A stretch of 64,000 bases of DNA, taken from assembly GCA_964562615.1 (NCBI GenBank), contig CAZLUD010000001.1:129072-193071 (forward strand). The letters run 5' to 3'. The DNA is from an uncultured Candidatus Saccharibacteria bacterium. Its GTDB lineage: Bacteria; Patescibacteriota; Minisyncoccia; Phycocordibacterales; UBA12088. Shown piece by piece: positions 28,125-38,191 of the stretch; positions within the stretch are counted from its first letter, which is position 1, and each line of letters begins with the position of its first letter. A model generated the notes under the pieces. It had not been told where the DNA came from. It made no database searches and worked only from the letters and a program-made list of their open reading frames with translations. The position numbers and the translations under genes are program-made.

Positions 28125-29906
28125 ATCCCCTTTCATTATTTTCATAAATACATCTTGAGAGAGGTGCACCTTGCCACGCTCAAGCATTTTCTTCTTTCCA
28201 CGCTTTTGTTTTTCACGAAGCTTCATCTTTCTGGTAATGTCACCGCCATACAGGTGTCCCGTCACGTCCTTTTTCATTGCGGCTATACGCTCTGCGGCAA
28301 TGATGCGCCCAAATGCTTTAGCTTGTATTTTAGTCACAAACATTTGCTTTGGAAGTGAGTCTCGTAGTCTCTCTACTATTTTAGTCGCCTCCTCCTCAAC
28401 CCTTCTGAGGGATACCACTCGAGAAAACGCAGGCACAAGCTCCTCAGCGATAAGCACATCAAGGCGGGTTACCTCTGCCTTTCGTGATCCACCAAATTCA
28501 TACGATACTGATGCATACCCAGAGCTGATGCTTTTTAATTTATCAAAAAAGTTTCTCATCATCTCACGAAGCGGCATAGTTACTGCCATGATAGTTCTTC
28601 CATCTGAAAATGCTTCCGAGTTACTAAGCTCGGCTTCATGGTCATACAGCATCTGCATGACTGGTCCTACATACTCTGGTGGGGTAATTATTTTTACATC
28701 TACCCACGGCTCCATAACTGCCTTATACATGCCATGATCAGGAAATTTTGAGGGATTATAAATGGTTTCTATTTTTCCATTTGATAACTCTACTTCGTAG
28801 ACGATACTTGGGAGAGTAACAATAAGTTCAAGAGAAAATTCTCTTCGAAGACGTTCGGTAATTATCTCAAGGTGGAGCATGCCCAAAAATCCGCATCTAA
28901 ACCCACGCCCCAATACCCCCGAGGTTTCTTCTTCGTAGGTGAGTGATGAGTCTGAAAGACGCAATCTATCTAGCGCTTGTTTAAGCTGAGAAAAATCATC
29001 TTGACTCTCTGGGTACACGCTCGCCCACACTACTGGCCGTGGTGTTTTGTACCCCGCAAGTGCTGTTACTGGCTGTTTAGAAAGTGCGATAGTGTCTCCC
29101 ACTGTTGCTACTCCAGGTTGTTTTATACCAGTTACCACATACCCAATCTCTCCAGCACTGATACTACCCACAGGTTTTTCTTCCGGAACAAACACCCCTA
29201 CTTCAATCGCAATAAACGATTCATTGGCGTTCATAAAGGTGAGGTAGTCACCCTTTTTTATCGTGCCATCAAAAAGGCGCATATATACAATCACCCCTCT
29301 ATGGTTTGAATACTGAAAATCAAACACTAGCGCGCTTGTGGTGGTTGCACCTGTTTCCTTTGGTGGTGGCACTCGTTCAATAATTGCATCAAGGAGGGTT
29401 GCCACTCCCTCCCCTGTCTTACCTGAGGTAAGGAGCACGTCCTCTATGTCAACATTAAACTTAAGTGCCATTTCTTCTCGCAGCTCTTTGGTACGCGCCG
29501 TTGGGGCATCTATCTTTGAAAGGACAGGAATAACCACCAACCCCTGCTCTTCTGCCATACCAAGCGTGGTAAGGGTCTGTGCTTGAATACCTTGTGTTGC
29601 GTCTACAAGAAGAATCACCCCCTCTACCGCTTTCAGCGCGCGAGACACCTCATATGAGAAGTCTATATGCCCAGGGGTATCAATGAGATTTACAATATAC
29701 TCAACACCATCTTTCTTCCACTGCATCCGTGCTGGCTGCATCTTTATGGTGATACCACGCTCACGCTCAAGCTCCATAGAGTCAAGTACCTGTTCCTTCA
29801 TTTTTCGCTTCTCTATGGTACCCGTCACCTCGAGGAGTCTGTCCGCAAGAGTAGACTTGCCGTGGTCGATGTGGGCAATAATGCTAAAGTTGCGAATATG
29901 CTTCAT
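28122..29906 (-). CDS. lepA: translation elongation factor 4 (LepA)
   Basis: MKHIRNFSIIAHIDHGKSTLADRLL G1 motif, DTPGHIDF, and LepA-specific C-terminal domain. Confidence 0.95.
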   Translation of the reverse strand: MKHIRNFSIIAHIDHGKSTLADRLLEVTGTIEKRKMKEQVLDSMELERERGITIKMQPARMQWKKDGVEYIVNLIDTPGHIDFSYEVSRALKAVEGVILLVDATQGIQAQTLTTLGMAEEQGLVVIPVLSKIDAPTARTKELREEMALKFNVDIEDVLLTSGKTGEGVATLLDAIIERVPPPKETGATTTSALVFDFQYSNHRGVIVYMRLFDGTIKKGDYLTFMNANESFIAIEVGVFVPEEKPVGSISAGEIGYVVTGIKQPGVATVGDTIALSKQPVTALAGYKTPRPVVWASVYPESQDDFSQLKQALDRLRLSDSSLTYEEETSGVLGRGFRCGFLGMLHLEIITERLRREFSLELIVTLPSIVYEVELSNGKIETIYNPSKFPDHGMYKAVMEPWVDVKIITPPEYVGPVMQMLYDHEAELSNSEAFSDGRTIMAVTMPLREMMRNFFDKLKSISSGYASVSYEFGGSRKAEVTRLDVLIAEELVPAFSRVVSLRRVEEEATKIVERLRDSLPKQMFVTKIQAKAFGRIIAAERIAAMKKDVTGHLYGGDITRKMKLREKQKRGKKKMLERGKVHLSQDVFMKIMKGD

Positions 29907-30217
29907 GTAGCGCAATTATGCCCTATTTTGTGCATTTATCAAGGTATGTATTGACAAATAAATTGTATATGACAAACTTTATTTGAAGTGGAGGAGACGG
30001 CACTCCTACCTGTTTGGGGACCTCGCATGTTTGCGAACGCCCCCGTCTAGCACATGATTGCTGGATAGTGAGCCCTGCCAGGCCACAAAGACAGTTGTGT
30101 CTAAATACCCAAATAAACAGTACCGGAGTCAACATCTTGATCCCGGGGGACACCCACTTCAGCATCACCCGCAGCACGACTGCGGGTTTTTGATTTTTAT
30201 ATCAACACACCAATTTA

Positions 30218-31891
30218 TTATTCCATCTGCTCGTCAGGGAGCTGGGTGGGTTTTGCAGATAGCTTATGATGAAAGGCACCTATCACTTCCCTTACCTCGG
30301 TATTTTTTAATGCATACAAGACAGCTACATACGCAACAAGCCCAAGCACCCCCGCAACCGCTCCTTGTAGTGCAATACCAACAAATGTATTGATATCAAC
30401 TACGTCATCCATAAGGTTGAGGCCGGTATAGGCAACTATTCCTGCGCACAAGGACGCAAAGCCTGAGTGAAGCACCACACGTGCAAGCACTCCAGAAAGT
30501 GGAGAAAAATCCTGACCAAAAAACACCAGCAAAAACATCGCATTAAATAACATGCCGATGGTATATCCTAATGGCAGCATGAGCACTTCAGTTCCGGGTA
30601 ATCCTTCTACACGAAGTAGCGCTTCCATAAATAATTGAAATGGTTCATGGAGAGAAAAAACAGAAAGGAGTAGTGTCGCACTTGAAAGACCAGCAATAGA
30701 AGAAACGGCATTTATAAGAAAGGGTTTAAGAGTATTACCCGCCGCATAGTATGCCCGTACAATAACCAACATCACACTGTGGGCAAACAGTGATAGCGCA
30801 AAAAGAGCAAGCCCTGCAGCAACAAGCCGAGTATCTGCCCAATCAAACTCCCCAGTACCAAGCACACTACGCACTACCTGCGCGCGGAGTACAATAAGCA
30901 GTACTGTTGCAGGAAACGCCCAAAACACAATATGCCTAAGTGCTGTACCAATATGATGCACAAATGATTGCGTATCACCCATGGTGATAAATCGAGACAG
31001 TATAGGAAATGCCGCAACAGAGTAGCTCACCCCAATAATCGCCAGTGGTACTGATTGAAGATTAAATGCAAAAGAAAACACCGCAATAGATCCAACCGCC
31101 ATATAAGAAGCTATTGATATAAATACAAACGAGAGTATCTGCCCCACAGAGAGGGTAAGGGTGCGTGGTACTGACATTGAAAGCACCTTGCGTATCACTA
31201 CCCATTCGATAGCAACGGTAAATGACGGAAAAAGTTTATGACTAATCATAAACGGCAACTGGATCCCCAAGTGGAGCATGGCACCAAGAGCAACACCTAC
31301 TGCTAGTCCCGCGATACCAAATAGTGGGTAAAAAAAGAGCACCCCACATATAATGCCTATGTTATACAAAATTGGTGATATCCCGTAGAGAAGGAACTTT
31401 TGATACACCTGCGTCACCGACGCGCAAAGATTAGACACACCCAAAATAATTGGTTGCAAGAGGAGTATTCTCACCAAAAGCGTCAAATCTCCATGAAGCG
31501 ATGCCTCAAATCCAGGAAACAGTAACGGTACTAGTGTGGGCGCAAGAAAAAATATCACTACACTCACCCCAACAATAAGCATCAGAAAAAAGCTGTATAA
31601 ACTCGAGAGCAATTCTCGCACCTTTTCTGTAGAAATCAGTAATCGCTCAGAAAGAAACGGAATAAGCACATACACCGATACCAATGATCCTATAAGGACA
31701 TAGAGTAAGTCAGGTATACGAAATGCTGCGTAATAAAGGTCTAGCGTTACTCCCGCACCAAACTCATGCGCGAGTATTCTGTCTCGAAAGAGGGCAAGTA
31801 CTTGTGAGGTGAGGGTAAATATACCCAAAAGGTACGCAGCCTCGTGGAGACCGCGTACCTCTCGGTATAAAAATCCAAACACCTTAGACAT
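30218..31891 (-). CDS. murJ: lipid II flippase MurJ/MviN
   Basis: MurJ N-terminus LALFRDRILAHEFGAGVTLDLYYAAFRIPDLLY. 14 predicted TM segments. Confidence 0.9.
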   Translation of the reverse strand: MSKVFGFLYREVRGLHEAAYLLGIFTLTSQVLALFRDRILAHEFGAGVTLDLYYAAFRIPDLLYVLIGSLVSVYVLIPFLSERLLISTEKVRELLSSLYSFFLMLIVGVSVVIFFLAPTLVPLLFPGFEASLHGDLTLLVRILLLQPIILGVSNLCASVTQVYQKFLLYGISPILYNIGIICGVLFFYPLFGIAGLAVGVALGAMLHLGIQLPFMISHKLFPSFTVAIEWVVIRKVLSMSVPRTLTLSVGQILSFVFISIASYMAVGSIAVFSFAFNLQSVPLAIIGVSYSVAAFPILSRFITMGDTQSFVHHIGTALRHIVFWAFPATVLLIVLRAQVVRSVLGTGEFDWADTRLVAAGLALFALSLFAHSVMLVIVRAYYAAGNTLKPFLINAVSSIAGLSSATLLLSVFSLHEPFQLFMEALLRVEGLPGTEVLMLPLGYTIGMLFNAMFLLVFFGQDFSPLSGVLARVVLHSGFASLCAGIVAYTGLNLMDDVVDINTFVGIALQGAVAGVLGLVAYVAVLYALKNTEVREVIGAFHHKLSAKPTQLPDEQME

Positions 31892-31906
31892 GCCTACAGT
31901 ATACTC

Positions 31907-34324
31907 CTATTCAAGTACTTCTGTAGTAGCTGCTGGCTCCTCACTTACCGGAAGCGAATCAAGCGATTCAACTGATGATGAGGTGTCTTTAGAAATTGGA
32001 GGGAGTCCGTTTTCAAGATTCTCAAGGATGTCGTTAATTTCTGCTGTGTCAGGATTCAGTGCTTGTACTTTCTTAAACTGCTCTATCGCACTATCAACAT
32101 CGCCTCGCTCATACTCAGATAGACCAAGGAAGTAGAGTGCGTTTGAGTAGTTTGGATTTAGCGCTATTGCTCTTGCGAGAGCAGATGACGCACCTTCGTA
32201 CTGCTCATCAGAGTACTTGAGCAATCCAAGCTGGAAGAAGTTTACCGGATTAGTTGGCTCAATAACCGTAGTTGCTTCAACGCTCTTTATTGCTTCTTCT
32301 GTTTCTCCCTCGTTTATCTGTATCTGCGCCAAGAGGAAGATTGCCTCGGTGTAATTGTTTTTCTTTTCTAGTGCAAGTTGAATCTTTTCTTTTGCCGTCT
32401 CATTGTTGCCATTTGCGCTCTCTAGCTGCGCAAGACCCAAGAAGATTGCTGGTGATTGTGGATTAAACTCTAACGCACGTGCATACGCTTGTGTTGCGCC
32501 GTCATAGGCACCCTCAACCTTTAGTGGTACCACCGTCTGATATACTTGTGCCAAGTTTATCCAGTTGAGGTAATTTGTTGGGTCAAGTGCTGTTGCTCGT
32601 TGTGCGTTTTGAATTGCTGCCGCAAGCACTGCTTGAAATTGTGTTCGCGCCTCTTCCTCAGAAAGTGTTTCTGATTGAGCTACTTCGCTAAGCCTAATGA
32701 GGTTAAGGTTTGTTCCAAATCGATAATAGGCATCAACTTCGTTTAGTGTTACCGCTTGTGATACGAGTGCCTCAGATGCATCAATATCACCATCCACATT
32801 GAGTGCGACTACTCCCTTTTGGAAGTACATAGCACTTGCGTATCGCTCACCAATAGCAAATATTGAGGCGATGCTTCCAAGAAATAGCAACGTGAGGAAG
32901 AGTACCGAGATAAAACCAAGCCGTGGATTCTCTACAAAAGAAATTTCTTTCTCAGAAAATCCTCCTGGTTGTCGTCTTATTGATGCGATAAATACACCCG
33001 TGAGCAAAAAGGCAAAGAAGAGAATGCTGTGACTTGGTGTATAGATAACCGCAAAGATCCACAAGAAGAGTGCGCCAAGATATGACGATAATGATAGATA
33101 CGAAGAGAGTGGATCAGCATTTACTCGCATGACAAGCGCTCTAAAGCCCGCATAGAGGAACAAGCCGATAAAGAGTATCCATGCAAGTGCGCCAACCGCA
33201 CCAGTAGTTGCAAAGGATGTAGGAATGTACCCAATACCACTAGCAAAATCAGCAGACCAGAAAAGTGTTTGATTGATTTCTACTGGTTTGTTGAGTAGCC
33301 ACTCTCGTGAGAATGAACCAGGACCAGAACCAAATATTGCATGCTTTGCATACGTGCTTTGGATCACGTCTGCAGTACTTTGCCAGGATGGACGTACTTC
33401 TAGTTGCGAGACATTAAAGAATGTCGATACGCTGTTGCCAATAAAATTACCTCCCACAAGAAACACGAGACATAGTGAGAGTACCAAGAGTGATGCAAAT
33501 GATGTTTGCCCTTCTCCGACAAGCTCGCGCATTTGTGATTCGCTCTCAAGCGAATCTGTCGTTGCTCGTTCACGAGAGTATCGTCCAGTCGTAAGGTTGT
33601 AGACAAAGGTACCAAGTGCAAATGCGCCGATTACCCACCACACCACGCTGAAGTTAATAACAATTAGCATCGCGATAGACACCGCGAGCGCACCTGCGAC
33701 TATAAGTTTTATTTTTCCGTGAAGTGTTAACCCTACAAGAGTCACAAGTGAAAGTACTGTCACTAATCCAAAGAATATCGCAAGGTCATTCCATGAACCG
33801 AGCACGTTTGCGGTAGTGCTAGTGAAAATACCGAAAGAAAGAAAATTGGGACCAAAGAATAATCGTGCGATTTGAAATAGCGCAACAATACCAACCGACA
33901 CCATAAAGGCGCCGTATAGTTTTAGAAGACTTTCTCGCTTTCTAAGTCCAATAGCAACAAGAGTTGCAAGAAGGGTAAGTACACCAACAAATGCAAACGA
34001 GTCGGTGCTAAATCCTTGCCCAAGAAGTGATTGCTCTATGTTGCCAGAAAACAGTGACGAAAGAAGGTATGCAACAGGAATCATCCACATTGCTCCCATA
34101 AGCGGACTCATCGGTATGAGTATCCTGCGCTCTTTCATCCTTGCCACAATATAGAACGCAACACCAAGTAGTGCTGCTATTGCGATAAAGAACGCCTTCG
34201 TAAATTGAAACGGCGCAAACAGGAGAGGAATAAAGGCGATAGGTACAAGAGCGGTAGTCCCTATGAGGAGCCACTCTAGCAACCCATCAAATCCTGCGCG
34301 CGACTTTTGCGGAAGATATGCCAT
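31907..34324 (-). CDS. polytopic membrane protein with C-terminal TPR repeats (O-antigen-ligase/Wzy-like family plausible)
   Basis: About 12 TM helices in the N-terminal 470 aa. The C-terminal about 300 aa has TPR-like AxxYxxLGxxYxxxG repeats. Confidence 0.5.
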   Translation of the reverse strand: MAYLPQKSRAGFDGLLEWLLIGTTALVPIAFIPLLFAPFQFTKAFFIAIAALLGVAFYIVARMKERRILIPMSPLMGAMWMIPVAYLLSSLFSGNIEQSLLGQGFSTDSFAFVGVLTLLATLVAIGLRKRESLLKLYGAFMVSVGIVALFQIARLFFGPNFLSFGIFTSTTANVLGSWNDLAIFFGLVTVLSLVTLVGLTLHGKIKLIVAGALAVSIAMLIVINFSVVWWVIGAFALGTFVYNLTTGRYSRERATTDSLESESQMRELVGEGQTSFASLLVLSLCLVFLVGGNFIGNSVSTFFNVSQLEVRPSWQSTADVIQSTYAKHAIFGSGPGSFSREWLLNKPVEINQTLFWSADFASGIGYIPTSFATTGAVGALAWILFIGLFLYAGFRALVMRVNADPLSSYLSLSSYLGALFLWIFAVIYTPSHSILFFAFLLTGVFIASIRRQPGGFSEKEISFVENPRLGFISVLFLTLLFLGSIASIFAIGERYASAMYFQKGVVALNVDGDIDASEALVSQAVTLNEVDAYYRFGTNLNLIRLSEVAQSETLSEEEARTQFQAVLAAAIQNAQRATALDPTNYLNWINLAQVYQTVVPLKVEGAYDGATQAYARALEFNPQSPAIFLGLAQLESANGNNETAKEKIQLALEKKNNYTEAIFLLAQIQINEGETEEAIKSVEATTVIEPTNPVNFFQLGLLKYSDEQYEGASSALARAIALNPNYSNALYFLGLSEYERGDVDSAIEQFKKVQALNPDTAEINDILENLENGLPPISKDTSSSVESLDSLPVSEEPAATTEVLE

Positions 34325-34503
34325 GGTGTGCTTGTTATATATTAATACGGATCATTGTGTTTACACTCACATGCTCATAGAGGTGTCAGATCAACACAAC
34401 AAGCCAAAACCCTACTCACGTAGTATACGACCAAATGTACTCCTTGCACATATATATCTGTGGAATAACAAATGAACACACCCGCGTTGAGGCGGGTGTG
34501 TTC

Positions 34504-34543
34504 ATATCTCTATGTCTGTGCCTATAAGCCGAATTCTGTCTAT
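34504..34543. repeat. 40-bp direct repeat (left copy) identical to the rnpB 3' end
   Basis: atatctctatgtctgtgcctataagccgaattctgtctat, identical to 35993-36032. Preceded by hairpin gaacacacccgcgttgaggcgggtgtgttc. Confidence 0.9.
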
Positions 34544-34571
34544 TAATCTTTACAAGCTCAGAAATACTCAC

Positions 34572-35309
34572 TCAACGATACCGCACCTCCCAGTTACCGT
34601 GGAAAACAAATCCTGTTTCTTGTGAGAGATAATCAATAATTTTCTTGGCTGCTATAGTAACATTATCTACTTTGAGTAATTCTACATAAAGTGCGTGGAA
34701 CTCCCCTCGATCATTTGTTCCGCGTTTTTTTATGAGCTCATTTTTGTGTATACAGTAAAATTGCATTGAGGCTGAGATAATCTCAGCCATTGCTAGGTTT
34801 ACCTCTACTTGGTCATTGCTCCAAATAAGATCATCATAGGCATCCGTAATCTTGTACCAAAGCTGAGGCAACAATGTATCTTTATTCATATACCCAGGAA
34901 ATACCTCAAGATATTGTTTGCAGGTGGCAACAATCTCTACAAGATGTTCCTCCCCAAAAAGTACTTTACCTTCTCCAAAAACATAAAATGGAAGAGTTTC
35001 CGTAGATCCTATACATTCATCAAGATGTTTTTTAATCATCGATAAGGAACCTGAAAAGTAATCAATTCGCTTGGTTTCTGAATAATAATGATTTCCCCGA
35101 AAAACACTATTTTCATTTAATACTAAGAAAATATCTATATCGTTAATTTCTTTTTCTGTCTTATACAAGGCTGAACCAAAAAGAATAGCCGCGATCACAG
35201 TAACATTGTGTTTACTTGAAAAGTCTTCTATAAAACTCATCACGTTTGATTCAACCATACTTATATATTTATGTTTGATATTAAAAATAGGAGAAGCGTG
35301 TGTTTCCAC
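34572..35309 (-). CDS. nucleotidyltransferase (Pol-beta superfamily, KNTase/ANT(4')-like architecture)
   Basis: AAILFGSALYKTEKEINDIDIFLV is the GS...D.D NTase motif. About 245 aa with a helical C-terminal domain. Confidence 0.55.
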   Translation of the reverse strand: METHASPIFNIKHKYISMVESNVMSFIEDFSSKHNVTVIAAILFGSALYKTEKEINDIDIFLVLNENSVFRGNHYYSETKRIDYFSGSLSMIKKHLDECIGSTETLPFYVFGEGKVLFGEEHLVEIVATCKQYLEVFPGYMNKDTLLPQLWYKITDAYDDLIWSNDQVEVNLAMAEIISASMQFYCIHKNELIKKRGTNDRGEFHALYVELLKVDNVTIAAKKIIDYLSQETGFVFHGNWEVRYR

Positions 35310-35333
35310 ATACTTCTCCCACGAACAAGGTGG

Positions 35334-35843
35334 TCAGTCGATTGGGGTAAGAAGTGGCCGCTCTGACGAACGGATCTTGCTGTTGTCCTCAAGTAAAGTT
35401 CCACCACACCACTGACCTGTACAGGTCAGTGGAACCACCTGATGCGGAATCATACCATCTCGAAACTCGCCAAACCTACTGATAACTAAGCGCAAAGTGC
35501 GTCTCGCCGAGTCAATGAGGTTCTTTCGGTCTGCATCGCCCCTCATTCCATAGTACGGAAAGTGGTGCAGAAATCGACCAAAGAGGTCGTTACAATCCTG
35601 CTGGTACTTTTCAGTGTCCAAAATGTGGGCGTGCCATACATCATCGACACCTCCCCAAGGAACAACAGGTTCGTTATCCTGTTGTAATAGCGCTTCTCCG
35701 ACAAGGACTAGAAATTTTCGGTACTCACCGACGGTGGCTTCAGCCCTTTCACGGCTCCAGCCTTTGCCATCCTCTGAATCCACCAACTTTACGATGATAG
35801 GTTCAAGATTCAAGTCTTGGACCTTTTGGTAGATGCTAGACAC
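35334..35843 (-). CDS. DUF1399 (GRDP-like) domain protein
   Basis: VDDVWHAHILDTEKYQQDC ... HHFPYYG matches the DUF1399 D.xWHxHxLxPxxYxxDC motif. Confidence 0.45.
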   Translation of the reverse strand: MSSIYQKVQDLNLEPIIVKLVDSEDGKGWSRERAEATVGEYRKFLVLVGEALLQQDNEPVVPWGGVDDVWHAHILDTEKYQQDCNDLFGRFLHHFPYYGMRGDADRKNLIDSARRTLRLVISRFGEFRDGMIPHQVVPLTCTGQWCGGTLLEDNSKIRSSERPLLTPID

Positions 35844-35992
35844 TGAGACTCTCCTTAGTTAGGTGACCTCTGCAATCAGAATTGCATCATTGCAAATGCT
35901 AACATAAATAAATACTAGAACAAACATTTATTTAATATTGCTTAAACCCGCTATGTATTTTATATAAATACGCCCACAAGATGGGCGTATTT

Positions 35993-36032
35993 ATATCTCT
36001 ATGTCTGTGCCTATAAGCCGAATTCTGTCTAT
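35993..36032. repeat. 40-bp direct repeat (right copy), the genuine rnpB 3' end
   Basis: The reverse complement reads ATAGACAGAATTCGGCTTATAGGCACAGAC, matching the RNase P P4 3'-strand consensus ACAGAAnnCGGCUUA. Confidence 0.9.
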
Positions 36033-36400
36033 CCCTATAGGTGAGTAACTATAGAGGAGATAGGTATGTATCTAGGAGTGTTGTTACCAACACCCTCAAG
36101 CGGCTCTCCCCGCCTATCGTAGGCTTCTATTATATATAAAATACTACGATAGGCGGGGCACGGCCTTGCACGCAGGTAGGAATTTTGCCGTTTCAGTCTT
36201 GCCTCACAACAAGATTTTCTCCATATCGCATTGCGCTATGGAGACCGCATTTCTCTCGAAATAACGCGTCTCTGTTCGCATCCCGTGGATTACTCCAGGT
36301 GGGCGTTACCCACTACCATGCTCCAGCTTGCGCTGGGCGTGTTCGGACTTTCCTCTCCCATTACACTTTCGCACAACAAGAGCAACTATCCAGCACAGGC
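36000..36400 (-). ncRNA. rnpB: RNase P RNA (bacterial type A-like, compact)
   Basis: Minus strand contains GGGAGAGGAAAGTCCGAAC (P4 5' strand), GGGTAACGCCCACCTGG and ACAGAATTCGGCTTATAGG (P4 3' strand). P1 is formed by CTGTG/CACAG. A sigma70-like promoter lies upstream and a hairpin downstream. Confidence 0.75.
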
Positions 36401-36406
36401 GATAAA

Positions 36407-36435
36407 TATTATACAACACTTTTTCTTATATAGCA
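36407..36435 (-). promoter_or_regulatory. sigma70-like promoter for rnpB
   Basis: In minus sense: ttgcta, 17 nt, tataat. TSS about 7 nt downstream. Confidence 0.5.
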
Positions 36436-36436
36436 A

Positions 36437-36456
36437 AACCTCTTCGAGGAAGAGGT
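36437..36456 (-). terminator. intrinsic terminator after the DUF192 gene
   Basis: In minus sense: cccccccaacctcttcctcgaagaggtttt. Confidence 0.5.
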
Positions 36457-36574
36457 TGGGGGGGCGTGGAGCTGATCACGAATGACTAGCTCCACGCGAG
36501 CGAGCGAGGATGGGGCGTGGTGGGAGGAACACGCTGACCTCATACACAATACCAGGATGGTAGTTTTATGCAAA

Positions 36575-37072
36575 TTATTCATTCTCTGCAACAAACTCCA
36601 TATAGCGAAGTGTATCCCCCACCTTCATACCAAGCGCACTTACCACACCACGATTAACTTCAAGTACATAGGTGGCTTTTGTTGGTGGCTCAAATATTGT
36701 AGGGTAACTCTCTGGTGTTACATTCTCTTCTATGTGTACCACTGCAAATGTGCTATCAACCCATACAATATCGATAGGAAACTTCATATCCTTCATCCAT
36801 ATACCATGCGTATCTGGAGTATCAAATACAAACCATAGACCTGTATCTTGTGGCAACTCCTCACGATGAGAAAGTCCCTTCCTTCTTTCATAGGGAGTGC
36901 GCGCAATCTCAATCTTTAGAGGGGTAGTATTCACAAGCAGCAGTGCAAGTGGTGACTCCTGTGGTGCTACACCAGATGAGAAATATCCTTCTTCTATAGA
37001 ATACACAAGTCCCGTTGCGATAAACATGATGAGCCCAAAAATCGCAACGTACATACTATTGCCACAATACAA
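36575..37072 (-). CDS. DUF192 (COG1430) family protein
   Basis: IEIARTPYERRKGLSHREELPQDTGLWFVF ... GIWMKDMKFPIDIVWVD ... YVLEVNRG matches the DUF192 pattern. Confidence 0.7.
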   Translation of the reverse strand: MYCGNSMYVAIFGLIMFIATGLVYSIEEGYFSSGVAPQESPLALLLVNTTPLKIEIARTPYERRKGLSHREELPQDTGLWFVFDTPDTHGIWMKDMKFPIDIVWVDSTFAVVHIEENVTPESYPTIFEPPTKATYVLEVNRGVVSALGMKVGDTLRYMEFVAENE

Positions 37073-37466
37073 GAATGCTTGCTACCGCAACCATACGAAC
37101 TGCTTCATAGCCAACATAGATAAGAAACAGAGAAAATGGCTTCTTTTCCCAGATTACTCCCCCGAGGTAATTGGTAACAATAAAGCCGACCCAGATAATT
37201 GTCCCGATGACAACGCCATCATATACGCTTGTTGCATTAGCAATTCTTAGCATGATTGCGAGCACGGTAGAAAAGGTTATCGCAGTCAAAAATCCAGCGC
37301 TTATTACCTTTAGCATTTCTGCACCTTGAGGCTTTGATTGCGAGACACCAGTAAGTCTCATCCATGATCTTCCTATTGCGGTCATTGGTGAGTACCAAAA
37401 TGTTCCTATCACCATACTAACAATCGCTGAAACAACAATTGCCCACGTATTTAAATCTTCAAACAT
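37056..37466 (-). CDS. DUF1761 family membrane protein
   Basis: FWYSPMTAIGRSW motif and 4 TM segments. Confidence 0.5.
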   Translation of the reverse strand: MFEDLNTWAIVVSAIVSMVIGTFWYSPMTAIGRSWMRLTGVSQSKPQGAEMLKVISAGFLTAITFSTVLAIMLRIANATSVYDGVVIGTIIWVGFIVTNYLGGVIWEKKPFSLFLIYVGYEAVRMVAVASILVLWQ

Positions 37467-37866
37467 AATAAAAATTAGAGATATTTATAACAGCACATAT
37501 ATTGTCTATGTAGTAATGAAAAAAGTAAAGGCAGTAATGGACACTCGTCCATTACTGCCTCCCTCGACTTGAGGCGTATGCCTCATTTTTTCTTTTTCTT
37601 TTCTGGTGCCTTCATCTCTGGCCACCTTAAAGTATAATCCACTCTTTCTTCACATTGATCAGCAAGAAATTGCCTAGCCCTTGCCATTCTTGCAAGGTCA
37701 ATTGATATATCAAGCTTTGCTCTAGCTTTATCAAAATCCGCCGGCAACGCCGGTGCATCATCGAGCACATCGCGCAAAGTCATAACACCCCCCAAGGTTG
37801 TTACCGCATTATGTGTACCACACTACGCTCCGTTTTAGCAATACTTTATGGTATAACAGCGTGACT

Positions 37867-37952
37867 GGAGGGTTCGCATAGTGGTCGAGTGCGCCGCCTT
37901 GGAAAGGCGGTATTGGGGAAACCCAATCGAGGGTTCGAATCCCTCACCCTCC
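37867..37952 (+). tRNA. tRNA-Ser (anticodon GGA)
   Basis: Acceptor ggagggt/accctcc. Anticodon stem ccgcc/ggcgg with loop ttggaaa. Long variable arm attggggaaacccaatc. T-arm gaggg-ttcgaat-ccctc. Confidence 0.8.
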
Positions 37953-38000
37953 GCAAAACAAGGAGAACGATGCGAAGCATTGGGTGACTATGTTTTGGGT

Positions 38001-38025
38001 GATAAGTGAGGGATTCGAACGCCGG
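38001..38025. repeat. inverted partial copy of the tRNA-Ser(GGA) 3' end
   Basis: gtgagggattcgaacgcc is the reverse complement of ggcgttcgaatccctcac. It shares 15 nt with the tRNA T-arm and acceptor 3' strand. No complete tRNA folds on the minus strand. Confidence 0.6.
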
Positions 38026-38191
38026 AGTATATTACGTAAGCAATATGAGGCACCATCCTAGGAATGCGAGGATTTTTGTGAGCCTCTTGAGGCGGTACAA
38101 AAACCCGCAATTCAGGGGACCATCCTTAACTTTCCACCAAGTATAGAAAATAATTTTAGCAGTTACCCTACTTCTCCATTACAATGAAATC

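Noticed and set aside
28171-28737. 188-aa plus-strand ORF
   Set aside because: Antisense to lepA.
36185-36594. Three ORFs of 61-84 aa in the ORF track
   Set aside because: They overlap the RNase P RNA gene and its flanking hairpins.
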